A stretch of DNA of 63,822 nucleotides, the filler included, from Psammoneis japonica (lineage: Eukaryota), in NCBI GenBank assembly GCA_008632985.1. It is 4 parts of 4 records of this genome, joined end to end, with 100 filler letters (N's around TTAATTAATTAA, not from the genome) between each part and the next. Parts side by side here need not be neighbours in the genome. Positions count along the whole stretch, not along the records: positions 1 to 20,062 come from QPGO01000454.1; positions 20,163 to 40,169 come from QPGO01000455.1; 2 more parts are not named here. One strand, 5' to 3'. Each line of letters opens with the position of its first letter. Position 1 is the stretch's first letter. The position numbers were made by a program, and so were the translations under genes. A model generated the notes under the pieces. That model saw only the letters and a list, made by a program, of their open reading frames with translations. It searched no databases and was not told the DNA's origin. Below are positions 11,040 through 23,960 of the stretch, one piece after another.

Positions 11040-14000
11040 ATCTGAATGCGCGGGTGATGCGCGTGGGAAGCAAGCATCAACAAGGAGATGCTGACGACCA
11101 ACAGGACAGCTGGCATTGTGCAACACACAATCTGGAGGTTGATGGACAAGGTTGAATGATCAAATCTCCACCTCAAACCCCATCAACAAAGCAAGCAATC
11201 ACAGTGACAGCACTTCCTTTTTCAACACTGGGAGTTGGCTTGGCAGGGCATGAAAACTGCGCTCGTGTCTTGGCACGGGGCTGTGCATGCAGATGAATCT
11301 GCACTTGCAGACAGCTGGCAGGATGGGAAAATGCACAACAAACAATGAAGCAAATTGTCACTTCAGAGAAATGATGGAATCTTTGTTGAAACATGTGAAA
11401 ACTCTTTTTCTTTTCATTGTTTCTCATGTCTGTGAGCAACTCCCTTTCTCAGCAGCAACAGCAGCATCAGAGTTTCCACCTGACACAAAGTCAGGGTGTT
11501 GTTTTTTGTCATCTCTCGTGTGCCCTCTCCACTTGGCTGCATTTGTTGCAGCATGTTTGGGGGTGAGTGGCACAACAACGTGGCAAAAGAAGTGGTCGCT
11601 TGAGCTGTGCATTGTTTGGCAAGCAAGCAAAGCAGAAAAGACAAGGTCAAAAGAAAAAAAGGTTTGAAAATGACCTGCTGATGATGACAGCAAGTCTGCT
11701 CCTCTTCAAGGAAACCTGTGTCATTGCCTCTGACAGCACCACCAACAACTCTGCAGCAAGAAAGTGCCAAGCCTGAGATGACAAGAGCAAGCTGCTCTGC
11801 CCATTTTCAGACCCCCCTGCTCTTGGATTGTGCCTCAAAAATCTGAGCACTCTGTTGATGAAAATGGCTTGAAGAACATGCTTCTTGAGTGGGGCAAGCT
11901 CAGCTGGTGTGCACCCAATGTGAGGGTTGGCAACACTGCACACAAAAAGACTGGGGCTTGTCAGATTGACTGACAAGCAAGAACAACTTGTTGGCATGAA
12001 AAGAACTGCTTGACAACACACACCACATCAGAGGCGGGTTCAATGCAGGTTCCGTCTTGATCCGTTGTGTCTCTGTTCCTTAAATGAGCCATGACCTTCA
12101 TTTAAGTTGACCAACCTGCGTCAATGTCACACTGCCCTGCCTGACTCCAGTGGCACCTGCATGTCCCCTGTAGACAGGATGAATTTAATTGACGCCTCAT
12201 TCATTTAATTTGTCTGTTTTTGCCCCCTTGATTCTTCCAGTGGTCTGTTTGGGTGATGCTCTGATTTTTGCTGCACAACAACACCTCTTTTTCACCACAG
12301 TTGAGGTGTTTCTCATTGTCAACAAAAATTTCAATGTCCACACCCAATTGTGTCAATGACATGTTCAGAAATTTTTGATTTTGTCAGTTGGGTTGTTGCT
12401 GTTTTAGCTGCCAAAAACCATCAGCAACACTGTTGCACACTCTTCTTTGTGCCATGTGTTGTCATTCCTTTCCTTCTGGTGGCTCAAAGTCATGAAGGGG
12501 CACCCGCCGCTCTCGTCCATTGAAGAAGCAGCATCAGAACTCAGTCAATGTTGGTCAAGGAAAGTTGCTGTCTCAAGATCTGTCATTGTCTGTCCACATT
12601 CCTGCACCAACAGACATCCCTCCTGCAGCCAGGGCTTGTCCCATGCCCCCCACCATTGGCAGGGGTGCAGCAGGTTGCTTTGTGCATGTTGATGGCTGTC
12701 CCAACATTGCTGCCAGGGTTCATCCAATGGCTCCGTTTTCCACAGGGGGTGCAGCAATGTCTGTGGATGCTCCCTTTTGTGATTGTGTGATGGTGCATCA
12801 AACACTCCCTCCTCACTTTGGAGGCTGCTGGGTCCAACTTTCCGGGCTTGCATGCCGGAGCTTGTGCTGCCAGGGTTCATCCCATGACTCGTGCCTTCAG
12901 CGGGGGTGCAGCTGTGCTGGGACCCCCTCATTTCTGCAGAATTCTTTCACAACGGTCTTGACATTGGCAGCCTTTCCTCTGCTGATGGCTCTTCTGGTTC
13001 CTCCACAGTCCTTCCCAGTGCCAACCCAGTTGTGTTTGGCCCGGAACTTGCCGACTCTTTTGCACAAACTCCCCTCACATCCTCTCCAAACCTGTCGACT
13101 GTCCCCCGGTCTGCACCTTCCCAATGGAGAGGGCTCAAGAATGTGGGCATGGTGTGCAAAGAACCCCAACTGTCTCACTGGAAGAAAACATCTTCACTCT
13201 GTGAGCTGGCCAGATGGGCTCCAGTCCTGGATGGGACTTGTGGTGGAACACACAGAAATGTGCACACAAAACATGTGATGGATGACAAAAAACAATCGTG
13301 CCACAGCTCAGCAGCGCGAGGTCCCATGTTTTGCCAAATCTTGGCAGTGGTCAGGCCTTGGTGCATGTTGACAGGAAGCACTGTCACCACATGATGGCAC
13401 ACTTGGATCTTTGCAGATCTGTTGTGGCGCGCTGTTGTTGAAATGACAACATCTCATTTGATGTGAGCTTGCTGCACAAGAATCACCACAATGGTGGCCT
13501 TCATGTTGTCAGTGAGGGTCACCCAATCCTTGACAGAATTGATTTCAAGGCTTTGTCTGAGAAAGCCGGAAAAATTCCCGCCGACTCCACTTCCTCTTCC
13601 GGCACCACTTGTCAGTCACTGGGCATGTGCAAGGATTGTGTGAGCACTTCTGTCCAATGTGCTGCCCGGATGAACTCCCACAGCAGAGTGTCCACTGGCC
13701 ACTTCTGCCCAGTCAAGGATCCCGTTGTGCTGTCCACTTTCCTTGGAGTTTCTGACTGCACAAAACAAATGCAAGGTGTCCCATGGTTTTTTCCCGGAGA
13801 AGAGTTGTTCAATCACAACAACCCATCTGACACAAACAGCAAGAAAGGCAACAAAGTGGCTCCTGATTGTTGTGTTCCTTTGCTTTGTGCAGCCAACACC
13901 AACCATTTCAACATGTTGGGCTGTCACCATGACAAACACAACACAACACCATGTGGCTTGGTGCAACAAGGTTTGGGGCAGAAGAGCTTGTCCTCTCCAG

Positions 14001-15573
14001 CATGATGGGATGACATCTTGGCACAACCACCATCATCATTGGCCAATGATTTGGCAACAGGAGTGTGTCATCATGGTGGGAGAATCATTGGATTGGGAGA
14101 CAAAGTGCCCATGTCCTGAGATTCACATCAGCAACTTGAAGAAGCAAGTGTGTGTTCTGTGTGCAAAATGCGCACATGGCACCTGGGATCTCTCGCGCAT
14201 CACTCCATCTGCTGCGAAGAATTCAGCCTGCTGCCATTGAGTGACAGCAGTGATCTTTCCATTGATTTTCTTTGAAACAAATGACAAACATCATTTCTTG
14301 CTCATGAACAATGGCAAACAAAATTGACAAGCTCCACCTTGCCATGTCATCTGCTTCCTCAAAGTTCCTGCTGAAGAATCTTGCAGGGAATCCCGGGAAA
14401 CTGCGAAGATGTGGAAAGATTCCACATTCCCACCATGACGCAACAGGATTTGCTTTAGTTGGGAGCTTGCAACAGTTTCATTTAGTCATGGAAGCTTTGA
14501 AGACAGTTTGAAGACACTTCAAAGGCACTTTGAAGAATTTCCATCACATGGAGATGATGTCAGTTGGCTCAACATGGAAGAAACTTTGAAGTTTCTTCGA
14601 AGTTTCTTCAAAGGTCACTTTGAAGCATCACTTTAAGTAAATCAGCGTCATGATTGCATCATCAAATCTTTCTAAGCCCACACGAAATCTTGGCACCAAT
14701 TCTACGGTCACACTAAAAAAATCGCTCTACAGACGCTGCTGCCAAAAAGCTGGTCCCGGACGAGACTGCACCGGTGCTGTGCGCACAGCAGTGATTGGAC
14801 CCTTTGATGACAAGCTCCTTTGCCCATTGCAACAACGACCACAGTGCCGGCGCATGGCACAAGTGAAACTTGCAGGAGGTGTGTGCTTTGTGCATGCAAT
14901 GACCCAGCGCGTGTGACACTGTGCTCGTTTTCGAACCTGGGCGAAATTCTGTTTTTGACCGTTTGAAATTAAGACTTTCAGAGACAGACATTGTTCAATT
15001 GGCATTGTGTCATGCTGCAGCCTTCGAAGTTTTGACCGTTTGAAATGAAGACTTGCAGCGACAGATGTTGTTGAGCTGGCATTGTGTCATGCTGCAGCCT
15101 TCGAAGTTTCTGCGAAGAATGGACAATTTTGTTAAAGCTTGGATTTTGTTTGCACAGAAGTCACAAATCGATCATGCATTGGAAGTCTTCAAAGCATGGG
15201 TGACTTTGTTTGACAATGGATTTTTTTCAACATGAAAGATTGGCTTCGAAGTCACTTTGAATTAAATTTGACAAATTGCGTTGAACAAAAATTTTGAAGG
15301 AACAAGGACATTTCTGCCATTTCATCATGTGACAAATCTCAGTCGAGCTCTTCCCCAACAAAAACATTTGTTCCACACTGTGAAATCACGGGTGTGATTT
15401 TGTTTCGCAGACACTTTGCATTTTCCCGGGTCTCCCAGGGGGCGAACATCCATTGTCTGTCAATGACAAAATGAAAACCTTTGGAGACCTGTGCAAGTGG
15501 GCATTGTCATAAAAGGGCGTCCCCATTTGCCATCCTCACAGATTTGTCATGAATGGACATGCATTGCACATCC

Positions 15574-16132
15574 GACGTGTTCCAGTCCCAGGTGACGCAC
15601 AAAACGACAATCGATTTTGAACACAAATTGTGTGTCTTTTTAGTGCATGGAGCATTTTTGTGCAAAACACTTAAGTGGATTGGCTTTCACAGGCGTCTAG
15701 AGCACAAACATTCAAACAGTTTTTTGTTGGGTGTTCAAGTCCTCATGGGACATGTGTCACAAACTTTGTCAGCAGAATCAACGCTGATTGTACGTCAGTG
15801 CATTTTGCACTGAGGTTTCTCTGCAGGTGGAAAACACACCAAGTGGCATCGTAGCAAGACACATTTGGGTGACATCCAAATGACGGCAACAGTTTCGCCG
15901 AAAATCATCCGTTGTGTTACGACTCTTTTGTTGCAATGAAAAACGTAGACAGCACAAAAACAATGATGTTGCAACACTCACATGAGTCTTGTCAGTGTTG
16001 CAAAACACAAACATTCACATGTGGATCTATGCTTTTGGTGGTGAAAGTTCGATCGTAAGTCAGAGACCACGCAAAAATCACGCAAATGTCATTTTTGTGC
16101 ATGATGTGGGTCACGTGCGGCTGGAACACGTC
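15574..16132. mobile_element. MITE, related subfamily with a different interior, 559 bp
   Basis: Perfect 12-bp TIR GACGTGTTCCAG/CTGGAACACGTC; TSD ATCC on both sides. Confidence 0.85.
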
Positions 16133-19100
16133 ATCCATCAAGCTTGCCCCTGTAGAGAATGTTCATGAATTGGAAAGATGGCGAACATGTGCTGAATGAC
16201 TGCAACTTCATCAAGGATGAACAGGGCAACTTAGATCACATGAAAAACTTGGTTTTTCTTGCATGGGGAGGCAGCAAAGATTGCATCCTGCCCCACCCCA
16301 ATGTCAATTTTGTGGTCAATTCAACTGAGAAGAAATTGATTCAAAATGTCATCTCTGTCTGCAAAAGCGAGGATTCAAAGAGGAAGACTGGTCACACCCA
16401 AAAACGGCAAGAGAGTGGGTGCAAGAGCATCGCAGGAACCCCAACTCAGAAAAAGGAGTTGCAAGCACAATGGTGGCCAAATGGAAAACTGCAGACAGCA
16501 ATTGGCAAGGGAGTCCACTGCTTGAGGTGGACAGTGCATGAGGCACATTGTGCTCTGGTGCATTGACAGAACATTGTTGATCATGTGCTGCAACAGGGCA
16601 AGTGTCAGTGGGGTTGAGGCATGGATGGTTGGGGGGGGGGTTGCATCACGTGCGTGTGGGATGAGCACGCATCATCAATCAAATGTCTGGGTGAAGTTGC
16701 AATTTTGTTTGACCATTTTGACCTGTGGGGGTGCGTGCCAGAAATTTAGATGGGGCAACATGGAGACAGCGGCGTGATGCACTGCTGACACATGCAGCTT
16801 CATGTGTCATGAATGGACAGGGAGTCATGATCATGACAAGAAAAGCCTGCCAGCAGAAGACAAGATGCCAACTCTGAAACAAATGCAAGAGGCAGGGATG
16901 GCATGATGGCACAGACACATTTCACCCTCCACTTCCTGCCAATCATGGTGGGAAAGACCATGTGGAAACATTGGCTTAAATCAAGACATTGCTTGAACAA
17001 GTTGGTGTCAGCAAGCAATGAGGCAAAACCCTGCCAGTTTTGGAAAACAAATGGGACAAGTGGGCGCACATGCATGGTGAGACAAAGGAGGAGTTGAAGG
17101 TGGTGAAAACTGAGAATGACATTCTGGAGGCAAAATGCAGCAATGGGAAGGGCTCGGAAGCAAAGTGGAGTCACTGGTGGGACAAGGGTGGACTGACCAG
17201 GTGCAGGGCACCAAGAAAACAGATGCAAGAAAAAAGATTGATCAAGGCAGCGGATGAGTGAAGTGAAGTTTGGTCCAAGGAGTTCCCAAGAAGGAGAGGG
17301 TGATTGTAGATGGACCAAGGAGGGGGGGGGGGGGGGGACAAATGATGGATCCACAAACAGAGCAAAAAAGAACAATGCAACAGCGTGAAATTGTCAGTGC
17401 AGTGGAAACAATCAGGCTCAAGTCATTGACCCACATTTTAAATGAAGGAAGTGCATTTAAAATGAACAAAGCCAGTGTGGCTGCCACCACCAAATGCAGT
17501 GGGAGATGGGTTCCAGCCCCAGGCGGGGCTTTTTGTGACATTGGGCCCACAGAATTTCATGTGCAAGCTCTGCAGCAAAATTGTTGAGCAGTGCAAACAT
17601 GGGTGATTGCCAACAGAAAAAGAGGCAAGTTTGTGAGTGCATCTCCTCCTCCACACTTGAAGCACATTGTGGGTGTAACGCACTCCAGCTCCAGGTGGGA
17701 CCTTGCTCAACTGTGACATCAAGAGTTTTTTGGATCTTGCCGCATGTCGCGCACGCACATTTCTACATGACTTTGGCTTGATTTTGTGTCATTTTGTGGC
17801 ACACTTGAGCACGCAGGAATGTGTGTGTGAAACAAATGGCAGATGACAAAAAACAATCATGTCGCAGTTCAGCAGTGCAACGTCCCACCCAGAGCAGGGG
17901 TGCATTGGGACCCCAAATGCAATGAACCCAAAACCTGCATGGAAAATGCGAGGCAGCCTGCATTTTTTCATTGCCCCCCAAACCAATTGTTCTCCCCTCT
18001 GATGCAAACTCCAGCCAGCTGTCAAGGCAGCACACAACACCTGGAGAAAAAGCACAAGATGAGTGCTGACATTGACAGATCTGTTGTCAAACGATTGTCG
18101 CGCAACTTTCTCAAAAGGAGGTGCAAGCACCCTGGATCAGCACCTGCTCCAACAACAAAAGCTGTTGATGCTGTTTTGGCAGCTGCTTGCTTGCCACAGC
18201 TTTCCTGGCCCAACAGATGGGCAACCCTCCTTGAGCAGCAAAAGGTGTCAAAGCAGTTCTCAAAAGTCAGGTGGCCCATTGTGGAGAGCTTTCAGCTGCT
18301 GAAGTCTGCCCAGCAAAGGAAAGGTTGCACATCAATGGTCAGTTGAGCAGAGTTTGCAAGCTCAAAGACATGGCCACAGGGGAAATTGATTCTCATCCAG
18401 CAAGAGAGTGCAGAGCTGCACAACTCTTGAGAGCCAGCACTGTGCATCCTCCATCAGCCCAACATCTGCAAGTTCTTTTTTGCAAAGCTGCCAGCAGCAC
18501 ACACAAAAAGGGAACAATCTGTTTTCCAAGCTCTCCAGTGCACAAATGACCCATCAGAGAACCTTCTTGTGTGAGCTCACCAAAAACTGGGCTGAAAGAG
18601 CATGAGAGTTTTCCAAACAAAGGGCCACGCAGTCCAGGATGATGACAGATCTGATGTGGGAGATGCTTTTTGGAAAGGACTGCAAGTCCATGGCTCAAAC
18701 TTCAAGCTGCTTGTGGCAGAGGCACAGCCAATGCTCTGCACCAGCTCCAGCCCCTCAACTGAGCTGTCAAAGTTGTGCAGCCTGCACAAAACTCTGAAGC
18801 TGAGGGCACCTGCAGCACTCAACAACTGCAGCATCACAGACAGATGAGGTTGGCACAAAAAGGAAACAGAGTGTGCAGACAGAGCAGAAGGGTGCTTGGC
18901 TTCCTGTGAAAACAGCAGCCTCAGAGAGATGCTGATCTTTGCCAGAGGCTTGTCATTTGCGGACATTGCAATGAAGGCTTCTCGCCAAAGCCAGCAGACT
19001 CAACTCATGGAGCCATGGCTTTTTGGGTGTCTTTGCTCCAAGAGCTTTGTTGTTTGTCAGTTTTGCTTTGTTGTTTTGGGTGGTGATTTCCTTGTTTGCA

Positions 19101-19233
19101 TCACCCAGAGCATCGAAAACATGCATTTTTTGCTGTTAAAAGGTTGGTTCATTTTTCATTCAGTGAGCTCATGCAGTTGGCAGCGCAGCTCATTGCATGT
19201 TGACTTGCATCTTGTTGATCAATTGCAAGGGCT

Positions 19234-19357
19234 CCAATCACAACGGTGCAAAAAATCATCCAGATGTGGCACAAAGGCAAGCTCACGTCAGTGTTCCAAT
19301 CACAACAGCACCCAAAATCATCCAGATGCAGCACAAAGGTGAGTTCATGTCGGTGTC
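19234..19357 (+). repeat. ~61-bp tandem duplication
   Basis: ccaatcacaac...aaaatcatccagatg..gcacaaagg..ag.tca.gtc.gtgt occurs twice; copies differ by TG/CA swaps. Confidence 0.7.
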
Positions 19358-19398
19358 CTCTTCGCTGGTCTTGACAAGACAAACATCATGCACCATGT

Positions 19399-20049
19399 TC
19401 AAAACAACAGGAACTCAAGTGCAACCCAAGAGTTTGGTCTCATCCATGTCTTGGCTGAAAAAAGCAGCAACATCCCATGCACAAACAGCAAGATGCCTGA
19501 CCACTTGGCAGACCCAAGTGTGCACTTGTCCTCTTCCACCTCAAGGCCCCACTTCTTGCCAGCATTCTTTGTGTCCAGAAAGCACCACATGCCTTTCAGC
19601 ACATTGCAGGCACCACAGATCAACATGACTGCATTGGCACTCTCCAGGTTTTGAAGACAAGCGCATGCTGCAACAACTTGAGGCACCAAGACTGCGAGTG
19701 CCTGGGCCATGTTGGGGATTCCCAGTTTTTCTTCTTCATCATTCAGGATGCTGCAAAAGACTTTGGCATGCACCAGGAACATTCCACATCTGATGGCTGT
19801 GTTGATGCTTTTGATGTGGATGAGTGCAAGGTGCGCAACAAGAGATGTTGCAAGGAAGAACGTCCACTCCTTTTGGCAAATGAAGACATGCTCGGGGTTG
19901 GGCTGCTTGACACCACAGGCCTCCATGGCCTTCTCTGTTTCAAGTGCAGAGAGAACATGAGCCACCAGAAGGATTGTCCTGCTTGTCTTGGCCATTTTGC
20001 TTGAGTCAAGAGGTCCAGTCCCTCCATGAGCTACAGAGAGTGCAGCCAA
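19399..20049 (-). pseudogene. Probable host-type multi-pass membrane protein gene, hypermutated
   Basis: 216-aa frame with several hydrophobic segments, no transposon motifs and no Tyr; begins near the contig edge. Confidence 0.4.
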
Positions 20050-20062
20050 ACACAGAACGGTG

Positions 20063-20162
20063 NNNNNNNNNNNNNNNNNNNNNNNNNNNNNNNNNNNNNN
20101 NNNNNNTTAATTAATTAANNNNNNNNNNNNNNNNNNNNNNNNNNNNNNNNNNNNNNNNNNNN
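20063..20162. other. Artificial contig linker
   Basis: 44 N + TTAATTAATTAA (stops in all six frames) + 44 N. Confidence 0.98.
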
Positions 20163-20560
20163 GTGGACAAAAAGGGCATTGTTTGCAATGCACTGAAACT
20201 GGCAAAGTGGTTCCAGCATGACATCTTGCGAGACCACCCTGAAAGACTGTGGCTCTGTGAGGAAATGGAGTTCTTCCTGTTGTCTCCAAGGACAGTCAAT
20301 GAATGGACACTGGATTTAATTGCAGAGGAGGAGGATGAGCGGGAGAACTTTCACAGCAGGAGAGAGGAAATGCATTGGGTGGAGAGACGACAGTGCACTG
20401 AAGTTGACGAATTCGTGAGATTGGTCGGAGCGGAGATGAGGGCTTTCATTTGTTTGGAGTTGCAAGGTTAGAGGGAGATGACAAAGTGGGCCAGAAAAAA
20501 CGATTTGGCGCCAAAAAGGATTTGTGCGCTGCAGCCCCACCAGCAAACCAGAGTGTCACC

Positions 20561-23500
20561 AAAGCATGTGTGTGGTTTGTTCATTGCAGCAAAAACAACT
20601 TTTAGAGGCACACGTTTTCACGATGATGTTTTGAGCAAAATGCTTGTGCATGCTGTTGTGCAACATGCAGCCACTGACAAGAGTCAATGTGTCACGGCAA
20701 CGTGTCACAGCCTTTGAATGTCACAAAGGGCGTGACAAAAACAACCTTTTGTCTGCATGCACACTGCGTTGTGAATTCATGGTGGAGTGGTGCATCGCAA
20801 CCACTGGGCAGGAGGCCAGGGGTTCAAAACCCGAGTGGGAGTTGTCTGCAGCAACGTTGGTCACTGTTGAACGCGCAAAACTCTGTGCAGTTCTGTGTGT
20901 TCCTTCGCACGCACCCACACTGTTCCGCCAAAACCGTGCAGTGTCAGCACACGTGAGCGCAGGTCGCATGATGCATGGGGAGGAGTGCAACATGCAGCCA
21001 CCAATGAGAGCCAATGCATCACGGCGACGTGTTGCAGCCTTTAAATGTCACAAAGGGCGTGACAAAAACAACCTTTTGTCTGCATGCATGCTGCAGTTGA
21101 CAGCATGGAAGTGGATTTTGACATTGCAGCAACAGAGAGGTTTGAACTGGAATTTGCATGGATTCGAAATTTTCAAAAGACAACAAGGAATGGCAAAATT
21201 GACAAATCATGCACACATCAAAAGATTTGGCCAATTCTTGATTGTGCTGCAATTGAGAAAAGAGAGTCATTGATGAAAAGCATCAGATTTTTGGTGTTGA
21301 AGAGAGGTTTGGAAATTTCCCAATGGTGAAACAAGCTGGGGAACCAAGGCATGGAGCCACCCACAATTGGCAACAGCGGCACAGGCAATGGCAAGGAAGA
21401 AGAAGCAAGAAAGTGCGGGGGTGGCTGGAGATCAACCAGCCAGCCAAAGGCCAGCAGCGGCATTGGTGCGGGTTGGAGCCACTGGGGATCACCAGTCTGT
21501 GAAGCGAGAGGCAGAAGAGGTGGCGCGGAAGAAACTCTTCCCGAAGGCAAAGTTCCTTGTCAAGGCAGACATGGCAAGCAGCAGCAAAGTGTCACGACTC
21601 ATCAGGAAAAAGATGGCCGGCTGCAATTGCAGCAAGCGAGACTGGGCAGGAGCGTGGGAAGACTGGGCAAAGAAGTGTGTCATGCATGCAATTGATGCAA
21701 AAAGGAGCACGGTCACTCAGGCGATCAAGCACAATGCAGCAGCTGGCAAGTGTTTTGTGGTGCACGGCATGTTGAGTGTGGCTGTGCTTGACACTGCTGC
21801 ACCCACATTTGCTGAAGTCGTGTTGACAGAGAACAAAGCCAAGGGGACACACGGTCAGAAGAAACTGGCAGCGAGAGGCAAAGGAGGGAAGAAGAGCAAG
21901 AAGAGGAAGAGGAACGATCAGATGGCAGATGAAGAGCCATTCCTGGTGACTTGGGAGGAGGAGACAGTGACGACGATTGTGGAGGACAAGTGCGAGAACA
22001 AGGAAGCACACACTTGGTTCCATCAAAGCATGTGTGGGGTTTGTTCATTGCAGCAAAAATGACTTTTAAGCGAAATGCTTGTGCATGCTGTCAACAGCAG
22101 CATGGAAGTGGATTTTGACGTTGCAGTGACAGAGAGGTTTGAACAGGAATTTGCGTGGATTCAAATTTTTCAAAAGATGACAAGGGATGGCAAAATTGAC
22201 AAAATGTGTGCATTGAAAGATTTGGTTGATTCTCAACTGTGCTGCAATTGAGAAAAGAGAATCATTGATGAAAAGCATCAGAGTTTGAGTGTCAAAGAGA
22301 CGATTGTGGAGGACAAGTGCAAGAACAAGGAAGCGCGTGCTTGGTTCTACAATTGCAGCAAGTGAGACTGGGCAGGAGCATGGGAAGACTTGGCAAAGAA
22401 GTGCGTCATGCATGCAATTGACACAAAAAGGAGCACGGTCACTCAGGCGATCAAGAACAATGCAACGGCTGGCAAGTGTTTTGTGGTGCACGGCATGTTG
22501 AGTGTGGTTGTGCTTGACACTGCTGCACCCACATTTGCTGAAGTGGTGTTGACAGAGAACAAAGCCAAGGGGACACACAGTCAGAAGAAACCGGCAGCGA
22601 GAGGCAAAGGAGGGAAGAAGAGCAAGAAGAGGAAGAAGAGTGATCAGACGGCAGATGAAGAGCCGTTCCTGGCAACTTGGGAGGAGGAGACAGTGACGAC
22701 GATTGTGGAGGACAAGCGCAAGAACAAAAAAGTGCACGCTTGGTTCCATCAAAGCATGTGTGGGGTTTGTTCATTGCAGCAAAAATGACTTTTAAGCAAA
22801 ATGCTTGTGCATGCTGTCAACAGCAGCATGGAAGTGGATTTTGACATTGCAGTGACAGAGAGGTTTGAACTGGAATTTGCATGGATTCGAAATTTTCAAA
22901 AGATGACAAGGAATGGGAAAATTGACAAAATGTGTGCATCAAAAGATTTGGCCAATTCTCAACTGTGCTGCAATTGAGAAAAGAGAACCATTGATGAAAA
23001 GTGTCAGATTTTCAGTGAAGAGAGGTTTGAAAATTTCCCAACGGCGAAACAAACTGGGGAACCAAGGCATGGAGCCACCCACAATTGGCAACAGCGGCAC
23101 AGGCAATGGCAAGGAAGAAGAAGCAAGAAAATGAGGGGGTGGCTGGAGATCAACCAACCAGCCAAAGGCTGGCAGTGGCGTTGGTGCGGGTGGGAGCCGT
23201 CGGGGATCACCAGCCCACAAAGAGAGAGGTGGAAGAGGTGGCACGGAAGGAACTCTTCCCAAAGGCAATGTTCCTTGTCAAGGCGGACATGGCAAGCAGC
23301 GGCAAAGTGTCATGGCTCATCAGGAAAAAGACAGCCGGCAGCAATTGCAGCAAGCAAGACTGGGCAGGAGCGTGGGAAGACTGGGCAAAGAAGTGCGTCA
23401 TGCATGCTGCCAATGCGAAAAGGAGCATGGTCACTCAGGCGATCAAGAACAATGCAACAGCTGGCAAGTGTTTTGTGGTGCACGGCATGTTGAGTGTGGC

Positions 23501-23900
23501 TGTGCTTGACACTGCTGCGCCCACATTTGCTGAAGTCATGTTGACAGAGAACAAAGCCAAGGGGACACGCGGTCAGAAGAAACTGGCAGCAAGAGGCAAA
23601 GGAGGGAAGAAGAGCAAGAAGAGGAAGAAGAGCGATCAGATGGCAGATGAAGAGCCGTTCCTGGCAACTTGGGAGGAGGAGACAGTGACGACAATTGTGG
23701 AGGACAAGCACAAGAACAAGGAAGCACGTGCTTGGTTCTGCGAAAACATCCTGAAATTCACAAAGAGCACCACGACATGGAGAAGGAAGGCAGAGTCGGG
23801 TGAGACAAAGGCAACCGGTCTGGCTGCAGTGAGCAATGAGGCTCTGGGGCTGTTGATGTTGGAAAACTGCTGGAAGAGTTGGGAGCACAAGGCCCGTCAT
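20561..23900 (+). repeat. Tandem triplication (units start ~20561, ~22025, ~22751; middle unit internally deleted) of a repeat-borne unknown gene
   Basis: aaagcatgtgtg.ggtttgttcattgcagcaaaaa starts each unit; ORFs 21367-22062, 22390-22788 and 23085-24065 are near-identical in their shared parts. Confidence 0.85.
20659..21095 (+). mobile_element. Miniature LTR element (TRIM-like), copy 1
   Basis: Two ~110-bp direct repeats with outer termini TG...CA; GGGGAGGAG polypurine tract directly before the 3' repeat; TSD GTTG; empty sites in paralogous units at ~22085 and ~22810. Confidence 0.88.
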
Positions 23901-23960
23901 GACAAGACTGTTGGAGCTGGGGGGGGGGGCTCAGACAAAGAGGATGATGGGATGAGGTGG
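23085..23960 (+). pseudogene. Unknown repeat-associated protein, most complete copy
   Basis: LFPKAMFL...WEDWAKK...KRS.VTQAIK, a basic NLS-like run, AWFCENILKF, VSNEALGLLMLENCW; a diverged homologue lies at 42607-43260. Confidence 0.55.

Noticed and set aside
20107..20118. TTAATTAATTAA palindrome (also 40214 and 60230) as a biological site
   Set aside because: Identical six-frame-stop linker between fixed N runs. Neighbouring contigs cannot be assumed adjacent.
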